Assembly: GCA_964187785.1 (NCBI GenBank)
Contig: OZ076409.1
Span: forward strand, 53,694,001-53,758,000
DNA: 64,000 nucleotides
Source: Amphiscolops sp. MND2022
Taxonomy: Eukaryota
Direction of reading: 5' to 3'
The notes below the pieces were generated by a model. It saw nothing but the letters and a program-made list of their open reading frames with translations, had not been told where the DNA came from and made no database searches. A program made the position numbers and the translations under genes. Of the stretch, positions 51,226 to 64,000 are shown piece after piece; position 1 is the stretch's first letter; each line of letters begins with the position of its first letter.

Positions 51226-51973
51226 TGAAACATTTAAAAAATTTTTCTTGAAGAGTTCTATATGTTCCGCCATTGTTGTTTTCAACTGTTGCATGAAAAC
51301 CTTTTACACTATTTGTTTTATGTCGATTTTGTTTTCCAAAATTGATTTTATGAACAATTGGTCTTCGATTGTCGAGTTTTGGGTGATTTAAAAGTTCGTT
51401 ACCAGTTGCCTCGGTTTCCAAATTTGCATTAGGCAACAATTTCTGTATGCAATCTAATACATATAACAAATGAGAGTTCCTCTGAGCGCTGTTTTGATTT
51501 TGAGAAAGTGTCTGTTTGGAAACGTGGTCCAGTTTTTTTCTCCAAGATGCGATGATTGAAAGTGAAAGTTTTGATATAAATAATTCTCGAAGATGCTCCA
51601 TGAACCAAAACACGCTTTTTAGTGTCCTCCGATATTAAATTTTTGTTGTCATGATTCCAGTTTCTTTCGTGAGTCTTCCATATACACTACAGTAAACAAA
51701 GCTGAAGAAATCTGAATGTGCATCATTTCTCTGAATATACAAAAAAGTCTCAGGAGCAAAAGTTTCATTGTGATGAGATTACCGTGGCATGTTTTGTTTT
51801 GAAGTCGAGCAAAAATACGAAAGTTGTTACATCATCTCATGTTATTTCGGAATTTTCCAAACTTTCTCTATATCTCAAAAACCACTGGTCATGCGATGAA
51901 ATCCCAAAGAGCAATTTTATTGTTGCAACTGTTTAACGTTTTTCGTTTTGAAAATTCAGCTTAAGCGGAATAA

Positions 51974-52995
51974 TTACACTTGCGATAAGCAAGTGTTATG
52001 GGACAGTGCGGGTGCTTTTTTTCCGCGCGACAACTCTCTCGTTTCAGACCGCAAGTTGCATAGTCTGAATTTGTGGCCGTGACAACTTCTGGTTGGCCAA
52101 CTTCCAGCACTTGTCGCAACTTCTGGCACTTGGCATAGAGGTTAATTAGGATTATTTGAGGTCTGCCAAGCAGAAGGACGTGGGTTCGAGTCTCGCCCTT
52201 GACCAAAGTTTTTTGTGCATGTTATTTCGGCTTTGTGACTTTTTTCGCAATTTTTTTAATGTCACCGAAGATTCCTCCCTTCATTTTTTTGGTATTTTGC
52301 AACAGAACGAATGTTAAAAAATCCCAAAGGGTCCCTTCTTTCAGATTTTTCGGCACTATGAGACTATTGAAAATTCTCGTTTTTTGTTTTTTTTTTTGCA
52401 AAATTTTTCAAGTCTCGCTTCAATTTTTGAAATTTTGCAACAGAATGGATGTTAAAAAAATCTCAAAGAACCCCCCTTTCACAGTTTTCGGCCTTGTGAG
52501 ATTTTTCAAAAGTAATAATTTTTGTCTTAAAATTAGGTTTTCTCAGGCCCAGCACGCTATATCCGATTTTTGTTTTTTTTTAAAGACCGCTGTTTTTTCT
52601 ATGCGACTTTTTTTCTAATTTGTTTTCATCGAAGCCCCCTCAATTTTTACTAGAAACGAAACGTTTTGCGAGCATAAAGCACTGCTCAAGGTTTTCGGCA
52701 CTATGCGACTTGCCGGAGACCTTCATCAAAAAAAAAATTTTCGAAAAATTTTTCCTCAATTTTCTGTTTTTCTTAAAGGTTGAGAAAGATGGGTTTTCTG
52801 TTGTTTCCAGTTGCAGAAAAATTGTTTTCGAGATTTATGGGTATCTCTTCGGGATTTTTTGGCGCTGTAAAATTGATGAAATTTTAATAATGTCCTTTTA
52901 CCCTTGGCTCTCCGTATGATATTGCTTATTTGGGTTTCTTCAAAAGTTTGCAACTTTCTTCGCAAGAGTTTGCGAAGCACGGCTTCGCCTCTGTG
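51974..52995 (+). mobile_element. Helentron/DINE-like element (acacttgcga family) with a different tRNA-like cassette
   Basis: Same termini; cassette tggcatagagg..ggttcgagtct..acca at ~52130-52205. Confidence 0.8.
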
Positions 52996-53673
52996 TTAAA
53001 ACATGAAAAAAAGTTTTTTCCGATCAGTCATCATTACTAAATGTTCTTAGTTAGGCGAGTGTTGGTTTTGTTGGCAATGGACGATCGTTTGTTGACCTAA
53101 GTAATTAATTGTTAGCTGAGAGCTGTTGGGAAATTTGAAACGCTTCTGTTGAAAGAAAAAAAGCGTTTTTAGCTGTCATGAACGTTATAATAAATACAAA
53201 GTCAAATAAATGAACATCCAAAACGGACGACAAATAAGCTTAACCGCTCTTCTTCAAGTCCTCATCCTCAAGAACCAAATTTCAACACTTTCGTTCATTT
53301 ATTGAACTTTTTTTAAAGAACGGAATGGAATACAGTTGCTTGTTATCTATAATATACCGTACAGAGAACCTAATTTAGTAATATAGGCCCACATTTGTGT
53401 TGAAATCAATTTGCCTATGTCATTAGGCATCAAGTCGAGTATCTGTACCTTTTTTGTCGAATGAATACCCAAATAATTATTGCTTTTTGGAATATTTCGA
53501 AGCCCAAAATCAACAGTCTTCAGTTTTTGCCGCCTTAGTGTATTTCCAATCTGTCGAAGTTTTAGTAATAAAGTATCATCTTTGATAGCAACAATTTTGA
53601 ATCTTGGCCAATCCTCAATTTGGAGCTGTTGGCTTGCGAGATTTGATTTGCGTGTAAATTTTAGATTTGTTGG

Positions 53674-56600
53674 ATGTCGTCTAACATGGACGGAGACATG
53701 TCTTCAAAGTTTTCTTCTCTGAACGTGAACGCGGCTGTGTTCGTGCCCTCTTGGGCCTCTCCCCCACCACCCGCCGATGCTGCCACCCCTCATATCAATG
53801 GGGATGCATCTAAAGGTAAAAGTTGCCGCCACGTTGTTTATTGCTCCACAAACTATGTTCTTACTGTTCTCATCAAAGTGAAGGAGAATTTGACCACCGA
53901 CTTGTAGAAATCAAAAATTCCACAGTAAAAGTTTAAAAGAGGAATTGCTAGATCATTGAAGGATTGTGTGTTTCTTGATACTTTTGGCTCTCCGCTTCAT
54001 GTAACGATCTGATTTTTACTTCGTATTTTCAACTCATTTGTTTGTCATTCACCTTTATAACAAGTAATCGGATTTGCCTGAAGTCGATTACTAAATAATT
54101 CCGAACTTTTTCTCAACTCGAAGATACTTCTGCTGGGGGACTGAATTACTTAGTTGTTAGACGATGGTTGTTGTCACTGAATAATTTCATGAATGAATGA
54201 ATGTGATGTCAATGAACTGTTGGCAGAACTATTACAAGCCTGTGTTTTTGAATTTATTCCCAACATCAAGGTTGCTAATGTTTTGAAGCAAGTGAATAAA
54301 AAACTGAAAACAACCATAGGAATCAGTGTTTTGTTTTTTTCCTTAATCGAAATAAAAAAATCTTTCTTAAACTTCTAAATTGGATTGCTTAACTTCCAGG
54401 AGAACCAAATGGAGTTCAGAATGGAGGTACTGAATCTCCACCTGATGATTGGGACAACATGGAAGAAGAACAGCCAACGCCTTCTGCAGAAACAGCGACT
54501 GAACCCTCGCAAACGACTGGCAATGGCCCCTCAGCTGAAAGCGCCCCCGAGTCTCAAGAAATCATCAGCGACGCAGACAGGTTAGCTTTCATTTGTTGAA
54601 ACATTAAATGATTCAGAAGAGACTATTGAGAATAAGATATCACTGCTGTTTAAAAATAGGAAATGTTTGTTGATTTGGATACCTGATAGGGGTGCCGGAT
54701 ATTCCGGCCAGTTTACCAAAGATATCCGGTTCCGACCGGAACTTTAACAACTATACCGAATATTCCGGCGCGTTCAAAAAAATAAAACTGAAGATCCTCC
54801 AAAAACATACAGCGAAACACTTCTATTCACACACATTTTTAGTCGGCGCTTCATGAAGTGAAACGCGACTATTATAGTGACTTTTTTCAATCCACACGAA
54901 CTGACCAAAATAGTTCTTGAAAGTTCTCCGAAATTTTATGGTGCCAAATTGAAACATTTGGCTTAGCGAACTGAACCAAAAAGGTTTTTTTATGTTTTTC
55001 CGTGTAACATACAATACCAGGAGAGACTAAAGGGCCCCCTTTCAGATTTTTTCGGCATTGTGAGACTTTTTTTCGAAAAAAAAATATCATGAAAGGGTCC
55101 CCCTTCAATGTTCAGATGTTTTGCAACGAAGGATGTTAAAAATCCAATAGGATCCCCCTTTTTGCGCGCCGGCGCGCAAATTCGGTCAAACTTCTTGGGT
55201 TTTTCAGGTACTGAATACTTAAAAATACAAGTAAGGAATACTTGACAGTTTGAAATCCTTTTGCTATTTCTAAGCCTTAGATATGGCGCCTACTTATGCC
55301 GTTCCCGGCTTGTTTCAAATTATGATGCAAAAACAGAAGTTTTTGCGAATCTTGATTTTGGCTATAAGAAACTCGGTTACCCGAAATTTCGGCCATGCAA
55401 TACTCTGGAGAACTTTTTGGAGCTTTTGCTGGAATTTCAAAACTGGGCATGTTCATACAAATCGGGCATGCACGAACTATTTTTCTGTGAATTTCCATGG
55501 CTTCTTCGTCATTGACATTCCAGAGCTTAGCTGATTCAGAGCTCTGCTGAATAGTTGGCTGATTGAGATGGTCCAAGAGCTGTTTGCCGGTGAACTGTCC
55601 TGGTTTAGCACTTTTATACTCTTCTGCATGCGATTTTTCGGCGTCTTTGTGCAACGGCGTGGTGGAATATTCGCGGGGTTTATTCGGAGGCCCCTTGGAA
55701 ATGACCTTTTTGCACAAATTGCACACTGCGAGATGTTCATTGTATTCTTTCAACGTGAATAATGACCAGCCAAACGATTTTGACATTTTTTTCAAATTAT
55801 CTGAAAAAAATAAACTCGTTATAATGTCATTAGTATTTCTGAGAAACTTAAGTACAGGTTGAAATTACTTTGATATTTCTCAGAAATGTCTATATGTTTT
55901 ATCAGAACTAAACAAAGGAAAAATTCCGGCAATTATCTGGCCGGAACAAAAATTTTATCCGGTTCCGGCCGGAACAAAAATTTTGCGATCCGGCATACCC
56001 CTAATCCCTGATTTTAAAAACATTTTCGAATAACTAAGGTGTTTTCAAAAGGTATCATCAATAATTGTTTCAAATTCTTTTGCAAAACTGGTTATTTCTA
56101 TCTAGCGATGAGGTTCAAGCCACTTATACAGACCGCGTATTTTTGCAACAATTTCAGTGCTTCAATCTCGGAAGCAACTAAAGAAGTCATTCCCCCCACC
56201 TCCCAATCGTCTGAAGAACTGGCTGAAGAAGTTCCCGTTGCCAAGAAGAAGCCTGTCAAAACTGTTGACGACGAGAAGACCCGAACCAAAGAACACTTGA
56301 ATGTCGTGTTTGTTGGCCATGTTGATGCCGGAAAGTCTACGCTGGGCGGTCAAATTATGTACCTGACCGGCGAAGTTGACAAAAGAACTCTGGAAAAGTA
56401 CGAAAGAGAAGCGAAGGAGCAAAACCGAGAGTCTTGGTATCTTTCTTGGGCGCTCGACACGAACAAGGAAGAGCGGGAAAAAGGAAAAACTGTGGAAGTC
56501 GGTCGAGCTAGTTTCGAAACAGAAGCCAAGACTTTCACCATTTTAGATGCACCAGGTCACAAACATGATTTAATTCTAGTCATAATTTATTAAAATCTAG

Positions 56601-59600
56601 AGGTGCAGTGACACCGCGATATTTTCGGCTTCTTTGGAGAGAAACATGATAAGCTAAAAGTTTTGCAGCATGTAAAGATTATAGTATATTTCTTATGAAA
56701 GAGAAAGTGCTAGCAGTAAGATTCCAATCGATCAAGAGTGTTGAATATTTTTTCCTGACTATTTTTGAAATCGGCTAGTGGCACAAAATTTAATGATTCA
56801 TAACATTGTAGAAACGATTTTTAACCTTCTATGGCTTTGACTTCGGAAGCTTAGTCGTACGTATTGAGTGAACTCCATACTATGATAGAACGCATATTGA
56901 GGTTTTCAAGGCATTTGACGAAGTTTTCAAGGCTCACCTCGGTGGTTTTATTCATAATAACCATTGGGTAAACCATAATAACCGCAGTGGTTTTATTCAT
57001 TTAGGCCATCGAAGTTATGTGCCCAACATGATTGGTGGAGCTGCTCAAGCCGACGTGGCTATCCTCGTGATTTCTGCCCGAAAAGGAGAGTTCGAAACTG
57101 GATTCGAAAAAGGCGGTCAGACCCGTGAACATACCACGCTGATCAAAACAGCTGGAGTCAAATATGTTGTGGTTGCCATCAACAAAATGGATGACTCAAC
57201 GGTCGAGTGGAGCAAAGATCGATACGAAGAGATTGTCGAAAAACTCACTCCATTCATGAAAAAATCTGGGTTCAATCCCAAAAAAGACATTCACTTCATG
57301 CCTATTTCTGGTCTAACTGGTGCTTTCATCAAAGATATTCCTTCCCCCAATCCTTTCCCACATTACGAGGGGCCCTCGCTTTTGCAGTATATTGACGCTC
57401 TTCCCAAAATAAAGAGGACCGACGGACCTTTGAGACTTCCAGTTGCTGGAAAGTACAAAGACATGGGTGTTGTTGTTTGTGGGAAAATTGAGAGTGGATA
57501 CATTGACAGGAATAAATCGGATTTGGTTATGATGCCACTGAGGAAAGAAGTGTCGGTTTTGTCCATTTTTGCAGACAAGGAAGAAACTGATATCGCATAT
57601 ACGGGCGAAAATGTCGAGGTCAAATTGAAAGGTAAACGTTTTCTGTTCTTGAAACGCATAAGATAGTGGCTAGCCGACTGGTCTTGTTTGCCGACAAACG
57701 TTTAGAGCAGTTTGCCATTTTCCAGGGTGCCTTTTTCGTAGAATTGTTTGAGCCTCCTATTTAAACGCGTGCTTTTTGTATCTAGGTGTTGAAGAAGAAG
57801 AATTATCAAATGGTTTCATTCTGTGTGATAAAAGCAACGTCTGCCACGTCTGCAAGAAGTTCGAAGCGCAGATCCATATCGTGGATTACGAGTCAATCAT
57901 CTGCCCTGGCTTTTCATGCATCATGCATAGTCACACGGCGATCGAGGAAGTTGTATTCAAGGGCTTCGTCGCCAGCATCGACAAAAAGACAGGACAACGC
58001 GGCACCACGAAACCAAGGTACACTGTCATTTAGTTTGGCCTGTTCCTGGTCTCCGTTGAAATGTTTTGAGGAAATACAAAATTGCGTAGATAGTCAAATC
58101 ACATTTTTAAAATTAATGTAACTTTGTGGCGAAAAACCTGGACGCCAAAGAATTTTTACACTTGCGATAAGCAAGTGTTATGGGAAAGTGCGGGTGCTTT
58201 TTTTTCCGCGCGACAACTCTCTCGTTTCAGACCGCAAGTCGCATAATTCAGACTTTTTTGGTCTAGCGGTAAGATGCTTGCTTTTCAACCCAGAGGGTCC
58301 GGGTTCGAACCCGTGCCTATGCGCTATTTTTTTTAAACAAAATTTTCGAAGCAGAAGATTCTCACTTTTTTCGACAATATGAGACCCCCCTCCCCCTTTT
58401 CGGCTTTTTGAGACTTATTTTCGAAACTTTTTTTAATGTCCCCAAAGGGTCCTCCCTTCATTTTTTTGATATTTTGCAACAGAACGAACGTTAAAAAATT
58501 CAAAAGGGTCTCTTCTTTCAGATTTTTCGGCACTATGAGACTGTTAAAAATTCGCATTTTTTTCGAAAATTTTCCGAAGTCTCCAAATGGTCCCCCTTCA
58601 ATTTTTTTGAAATATCGCAAAAGAATGGATGTTAAAAAATCTCAAAGAACCCCCCTTTCACAGTTTTCGGCCTTGTGAGATTTTTCAAAAGTAATAATTT
58701 TTGCCTCAAAGTTAGGTTTTCTCAGGCCCAGCACGCTATATCCGATTTTTTTCAAAGACCGGTGTTTTTCATATGCGACTTTTTCAATTTTTTTCCATCG
58801 AAGTCCCCCCTCAATTTTTACCAAAAATGAAACGTTTTGCGACTCTAAAGGACTCGTCAAGGTTTTCGGCACTATGCGACTTCAAAAAAATTGCCGGTAA
58901 CCTTCAAAAAAATTTTTCGAAAATATTTTGGAAAAATTTCGGAAAATTTTTGAAAAAAATTCAAAAAAATTTTTCCTTCAATTTTCTGTTTGTTTTTAAG
59001 GATTTCCGTTGAGGAAGATGGGTTTTTTGCTGTTTTCAGCTGGGGAAGAATGGTTTTCGAGACTTATGCCCATCCCTTCGGGTATTTTTTGGCCGGTAAA
59101 ATTGATTAAATTTTAACATACATTTTTTTGATATTTTGCAACAGAACGAACGTTAAAAAATTCAAAAGGGTCTCTTCTTTCAGATTTTTCGGCACTATGA
59201 GACTGTTAAAAATTCGCATTTTTTTCGAAAATTTTCCGAAGTCTCCAAATGGTCCCCCTTCAATTTTTTTGAAATATCGCAAAAGAATGGATGTTAAAAA
59301 ATCTCAAAGAACCCCCCTTTCACAGTTTTCGGCCTTGTGAGATTTTTCAAAAGTAATAATTTTTGCCTCAAAGTTAGGTTTTCTCAGGCCCAGCACGCTA
59401 TATCCGATTTTTTTTTCAAAGACCGGTGTTTTTCATATGCGACTTTTTCAATTTTTTTTCCATCGAAGTCCCCCCTCAATTTTTACCAAAAATGAAACGT
59501 TTTGCGACTCTAAAGGACTCGTCAAGGTTTTCGGCACTATGCGACTTCAAAAAAATTGCCGGTAACCTTCAAAAAAATTTTTCGAAAATATTTTGGAAAA

Positions 59601-60104
59601 ATTTCGGAAAATTTTTGAAAAAAATTCAAATAAATTTTTCCTTCAATTTTCTGTTTGTTTTTAAGCATTTCCGTTGAGGAAGATGGGTTTTTTGCTGTTT
59701 TCAGCTGGGGAAGAATGGTTTTCGAGACTTATGCCCATCCCTTCGGGTATTTTTTGGCCGGTAAAATTGATTAAATTTTAACATACTCCTTTTATCCTTG
59801 GTTCTACGTATGATATTGCTTATTCGGTTTTCAAAACTTCGCAAGTGTTTGCGAAGCACGGCTTCGCCTCTGTGTTAAAAATAGTTCTGGTGTTTGCAGG
59901 TTTGTCAGACAAGATGAAATTGTTGTGGCCGTTCTTCAAGCTACCCGTCCCGTTTGTCTCGAAATGTTCAGTCAGTTTCCCCAGATGGGAAGATTCACTC
60001 TGCGTTCAAACGACAAAACCATCGCCATGGGCCGCGTCGAGAGACTTGCATCTTCCAAAAACGCTTCATCTGACAACACCGACAAGCCTTCAACATCCAA
60101 TTAG
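53674..60104 (+). CDS. GSPT1: Eukaryotic peptide chain release factor 3 (eRF3/GSPT), 6 exons
   Basis: Exons 53674-53815, 54400-54580, 56158-56555, 57005-57631, 57786-58017, 59900-60104. PAM2 LNVNAAVFVPSW, GHVDAGKST, RESWYLSWALD, DAPGH, NKMD, MGRFTLR. Start could be 53674, 53686 or 53698. Confidence 0.95.
54687..56003 (-). mobile_element. Internally deleted hAT element with a BED zinc-finger remnant, in eRF3 intron 2
   Basis: TIR taggggtgccggat/atccggcataccccta; TSD atacctga/atccctga; WSLF..AVCNLCKK..STTPLHK..H. Confidence 0.85.
54838..55314 (+). mobile_element. Helentron/DINE-like element (agtcggcgc family) nested in the hAT
   Basis: Same termini as 48740-49197. Confidence 0.7.
58156..59874 (+). 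mobile_element. Helentron/DINE-like element (acacttgcga family, tRNA-Glu-like) with an internal ~660-bp tandem duplication
   Basis: Close to 49690-50726; 58459-59120 is repeated at 59121-59785. Confidence 0.85.
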
Positions 60105-60880
60105 AATTAATTCCATTTCTACCAATCACCTCCCTACAATTTTTGACGTCATTCCATTGGAGTTTTTAAAATGCGCTACCTCAAAATAAACAGGTGCAAC
60201 AGACCTGAGCAATATAATATCGTCTTTGAGGTGACGTGAAATGGATTTGATTCTAATTTAATGTTTATTGGCTGAGGGGATTATTTGGCTTGTAATCAAT
60301 TGTTTACGCCCCAATTTGAAATTTATTAGCATTGTTTGCTCAAGATTTTCTCTGACTGAAGAGTCAAATTCTAACTACATCAGAAGGATGTCCCTCATCC
60401 GTTTTTCTTCGGGTTTTTTCAGAAGACGTCTCGTCAGTGGGGCAACTTGTTTTTCATGAGTTTTCAAAAATAAATAGTTTTCCACAGCACTTTGCGTAGA
60501 ATACTTGTTTACATCCTGCTATTCAGCGCTTTCAATTGAGACACATTGCCAGATTCAAACAGTCGCTGTTTTAAATCAAGATACTCGAACGTGATGAAAA
60601 TGGATTTGGCGGCCTATATAAATATTGGTCGTCAGAGCGTTGAAGTCTAAAACAGAAGAATGGAGTTCGATTCTCTCATTATTTGCGCTGACGTCGAGCT
60701 GTTCTTGACTCTGTTTCGTTTTAGCGGTAGTTTTTTTCCAACAGTTTGGCAAACTCCTATAGATGGATATGGTATATTGCCTGCTGTCTCTATTGCTTGC
60801 TTGCTGGAAGAAAAAAGTACTACAGTTGAATCTAGTTACCATTCACATCGCTTACATTGTAACCCGCGTAATATAATGTA

Positions 60881-62099
60881 CAGTGCTGTGATAAAGAAAT
60901 AGACAATAAGGCTGTGATAAAGAAATGGGACTCTCCAATTTTACCTCTATTGTTGCCTAAATAAACAAGGCATCGAGGGTTTAATTGACAAGGCCTCCTG
61001 TCGTTGTTTGATTTAATAGATAATTCATTTTGTTAACAAAATGCCCCAAACCACAGTGAAACAACGATTTCTTGTTATATCTCATTATAACAAAGGAAAA
61101 TCTGTCAATTTTATCTCAAAATCAATGAAAATTCCTAGAACAACCATATATAACATAATACAACGATACAAAAAGGACCCAACAACCCTAGAAAATCGAC
61201 CGAAAACCGGAAGACCTCAAATATTGGACAAGTTTGAGCAGAAATTAATTATTAGAAAGTGTTTGGCTCAGCCAAATCTGAATTCTACTCAACTTTTGGC
61301 GTCCCTAGAGTTATCACAAAAAGTTTCTACAAGTTACGTCCGGAAGCTGTTATTGAGAAACGGATTACATGCAAAAGTTTGCACTTCAAAACCGTTTCTT
61401 TCCAGAGCAAATCGACTTAAACGGTACGAAACAATAATTGAGTTGTTCCCAAAACGGAGAAATTTTGTCCGCCTACCCAAACAGAGTGGAATTCGGCAAA
61501 AATATGTTGGTCAGCATGCTAAATTTGGTGGAAAAAAGATGTTTTGGGGTTTCATCAAAGAGTCAGGTGAAAGTTGATAAAAGTGGAGAATCGTGTCAAT
61601 TCAAGCGTTTACACCAACATTTTGGCCTCTCATTTGCTTCCTCATATGTATTTGGGTGAAGTTTTGCAGCAAGACAATGCTCCAGCTCATAAATCAGCGG
61701 AAACTTCTACGTGGTTTCTCGAAAACGGTGTTGACGTTCTCGAAAATTGGCCCCCAAACTCGCCAGATCTCAATATTATCGAAAATTTGTGGTCTATTCT
61801 AAAAGGCAGAGTTGCGGAGAGACACCCCAAAACTTTGGAGGACTTGGAAACTTTTGCTCTTGAAGAATTTTACGCAATTCCTGACGAATATGTACAAAAA
61901 CTTTTCAAGTCGATAAAAAATCGGTTGATTCTAACTAAAATTAACCGGGGAGGTTCCACCCGATATTGAAAGCTTCAATATTTTACCTAGTTTGTTAATA
62001 TTGTTTCAATATTTTCATGAGGTTGTTCAATTGAATGTTTTTCATTCAGTCTCATTTCTTTTTCACAGCCCTATGTTCCGTTTCTTTATCACAGTACTG
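60881..62099 (+). mobile_element. Tc1-family DNA transposon with a defective transposase (61041-61969)
   Basis: TA TSD; TIR cagtgctgtgataaagaaa with inner repeat; HTH and GRP; QQDNAPAH..SPDLNIIENLW. A deletion removes the first Asp; frameshift ~61570. Confidence 0.92.
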
Positions 62100-62144
62100 T
62101 ATTAAATTAATTCTCCCAGTAAATTATTAACGTGTTCCAATTTA

Positions 62145-62542
62145 TAAAACCTCGCTTATAATAAACATGCGTTATAATGAAAATATCGTAACAACAGTTT
62201 CGGCAATGCAATTTTCGAACCAATTACATGTAAATAAACCTGGATATAATACATACGGAATGACTAACAAGTTTCACTGCCTCTACTATGTTACAGGTAT
62301 TTAACCAATGATGAAATAGGTGTAGAATGGAAACATTTTTCTTTGATGGGTGACAGCGAAAAACGGTCTTCAGCTGAAAACATCAAGAACTTGATTTATA
62401 ATTCAATCATGAATAAAAAATTTCAAACTGTTATAACTGATTTCTTCAATTAAAGTTGAGAAATGTTTTTTCAATATCGGTTATAGTGTAACTCGTTTTC
62501 ATCATGTCTCCTGGAGGTTTATTATACCGAGGTTCAACTGTA
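62145..62542. mobile_element. pogo/Tigger-like MITE remnant
   Basis: Right end ttataccgaggttcaactg-ta; degenerate left aacctcgcttataa. Confidence 0.5.
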
Positions 62543-63199
62543 TTGCCAATGCCAACTGATACGAAAAACTGGAGACCAAAGGGATGAAGCCTTTGGGACT
62601 CTTTCTTGGCGCCTTGATTTTTTTTCGAAAAATTCGTTTTACTCGAGCCACCTCAGGTTTTTTTGATTTTTTCGTTTATTGAATTGCGTTTCTCGATCTT
62701 AAAGGAGATATTTCAACTATGCTGTATCTGAATTGTTGACGTCATATCCGATATTTTTAGTCGGCGCATTTTAGTAGAAAATGTGCCCGACTCTTACAGT
62801 GGGTTTTTTAGACACGAAAGGTCCACTTTTTTGTTCTGTTCATTTGTTCAACGACTTCGGGGAGGTTCAAAACGCGGAGGTTCAAAACACTTGAAATGTC
62901 AGAACCTTGTGCAAAACAAAAAAAAAGAAACAAACGGACGTCCTGGAAAACATAATAAGGGTCCAAAATTAGACATTTCCAATTTTTTTCGGCACTATGA
63001 GACATTTTTATTTTCCGTCCATATTTCAAACGGAATAGGAAAATATTTAAATCAAACGGTTTTTTTACAAAATTTGCCAAGAATTTATTTATATCAAAGC
63101 TTAATGGTTTCACCCATAGAATTCAGCTGATGTAAAATTAGCATCATGCGGTATGTATTTGTGGAGATTTTTGGACTTTTTTGGTTGACCCCGAAGACC

Positions 63200-64000
63200 C
63201 CAGAATGACCGAAAAATGACCCGAAAATAGTGAAAACTGCAAATTTTTCCGATTTTTACCGTTTCCAAGCAATTTATGTCAATTTTCGATAGATTTCGTG
63301 GCTTTGAATGTTGAAAGAGAAAAATATCGTTATCCAAGAGGCTTTTTCAAAGAAATAAATGCAACTTTATAAAGAAAAGTCTCAAATTGTGATCGAAATT
63401 GAAAAAACTTCCAAAAAGTTCAGATTATTACCGTTTTTTTTGCAATTTTTGTCAAATTTTTGATACACTTGCTAGCTTAGAAAAATAAAAACTTTCCACA
63501 AGGAAAGATTTTGTTGTCCAAGAGGCGTCGTCGAAGTTATAAATGCAATTAGGTTTGTAAAAAAGCCTCAAATTCAGACCGAAAATGCAAAAATCCCAGA
63601 AACATCAGATTTTTGAAAATTTCATGCAATTTTTGTCTTTTTCGAATGACTTGGTGGCTTAGAATGTCAAAGACGTTCAAAAAGGAAAAAAATTCGTTGC
63701 CCGAGTGGCTTCTTTGAAGATATAAAAGCAATTTGTGCTGGAAAAATGCATCAAATTCACACCAAAATTGACAAAAACAAAAAGTTCAAAATTTTGAAAA
63801 TTTTATTAAATTTTTGTGTATTTTTCCAAAGACTTAGTGGCTTAGAATCCCACAGACGTTGAACAAGGAAACAATTCGTTGTCCAGGGGCTTTTTTGAAA
63901 AGGTAAAAGCAATTTGTGCTGGAAAAATGCATCAAATTCACACCAAAATTGACAAAAAAAGTTCAGATTTTTGAAATTTTTGTTCAATTTTTGTGTATTT
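63200..64000. repeat. Diverged ~184-bp tandem repeat running off the window
   Basis: gtt[ga][tc]cc..g.ggct..aa[ta]gcaa motif at ~63330, 63515, 63698 and 63880. Confidence 0.8.

Noticed and set aside
50927..51613. ORFs 50927-51613(-), 50950-51204(-) and 50960-51391(+)
   Set aside because: Alternative-frame shadows of the GAR1 RGG exon.

Overview
AT-rich, intron-containing eukaryotic (animal-like, inferred) DNA dominated by transposable elements. Left part (1-7 kb): decayed non-LTR retrotransposon fragments, one with an internal inversion. 7-21 kb: four co-decayed genes in two divergent pairs, namely a Tudor/chromo-barrel-like gene with a Transib/RAG1-like DDE transposase, and a KDM2/7-type JmjC gene (carrying a tandem array of exon+intron units) with a tyrosine-recombinase-like gene. 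This block is the best candidate for an undescribed large DNA element with chromatin cargo. 21-36 kb: LINE and CRE-like relics, nested MITEs, and a full-length BEL/Pao LTR retrotransposon with an extra SGNH-hydrolase ORF upstream of gag. 37-60 kb: three spliced host genes on + (multi-C2H2 zinc finger, GAR1, eRF3/GSPT) whose introns hold hAT derivatives and Helentron/DINE-like elements with tRNA-like cassettes. The window ends with a Tc1 element and a ~184-bp satellite. All family calls come from motif recognition by eye; no searches were run.
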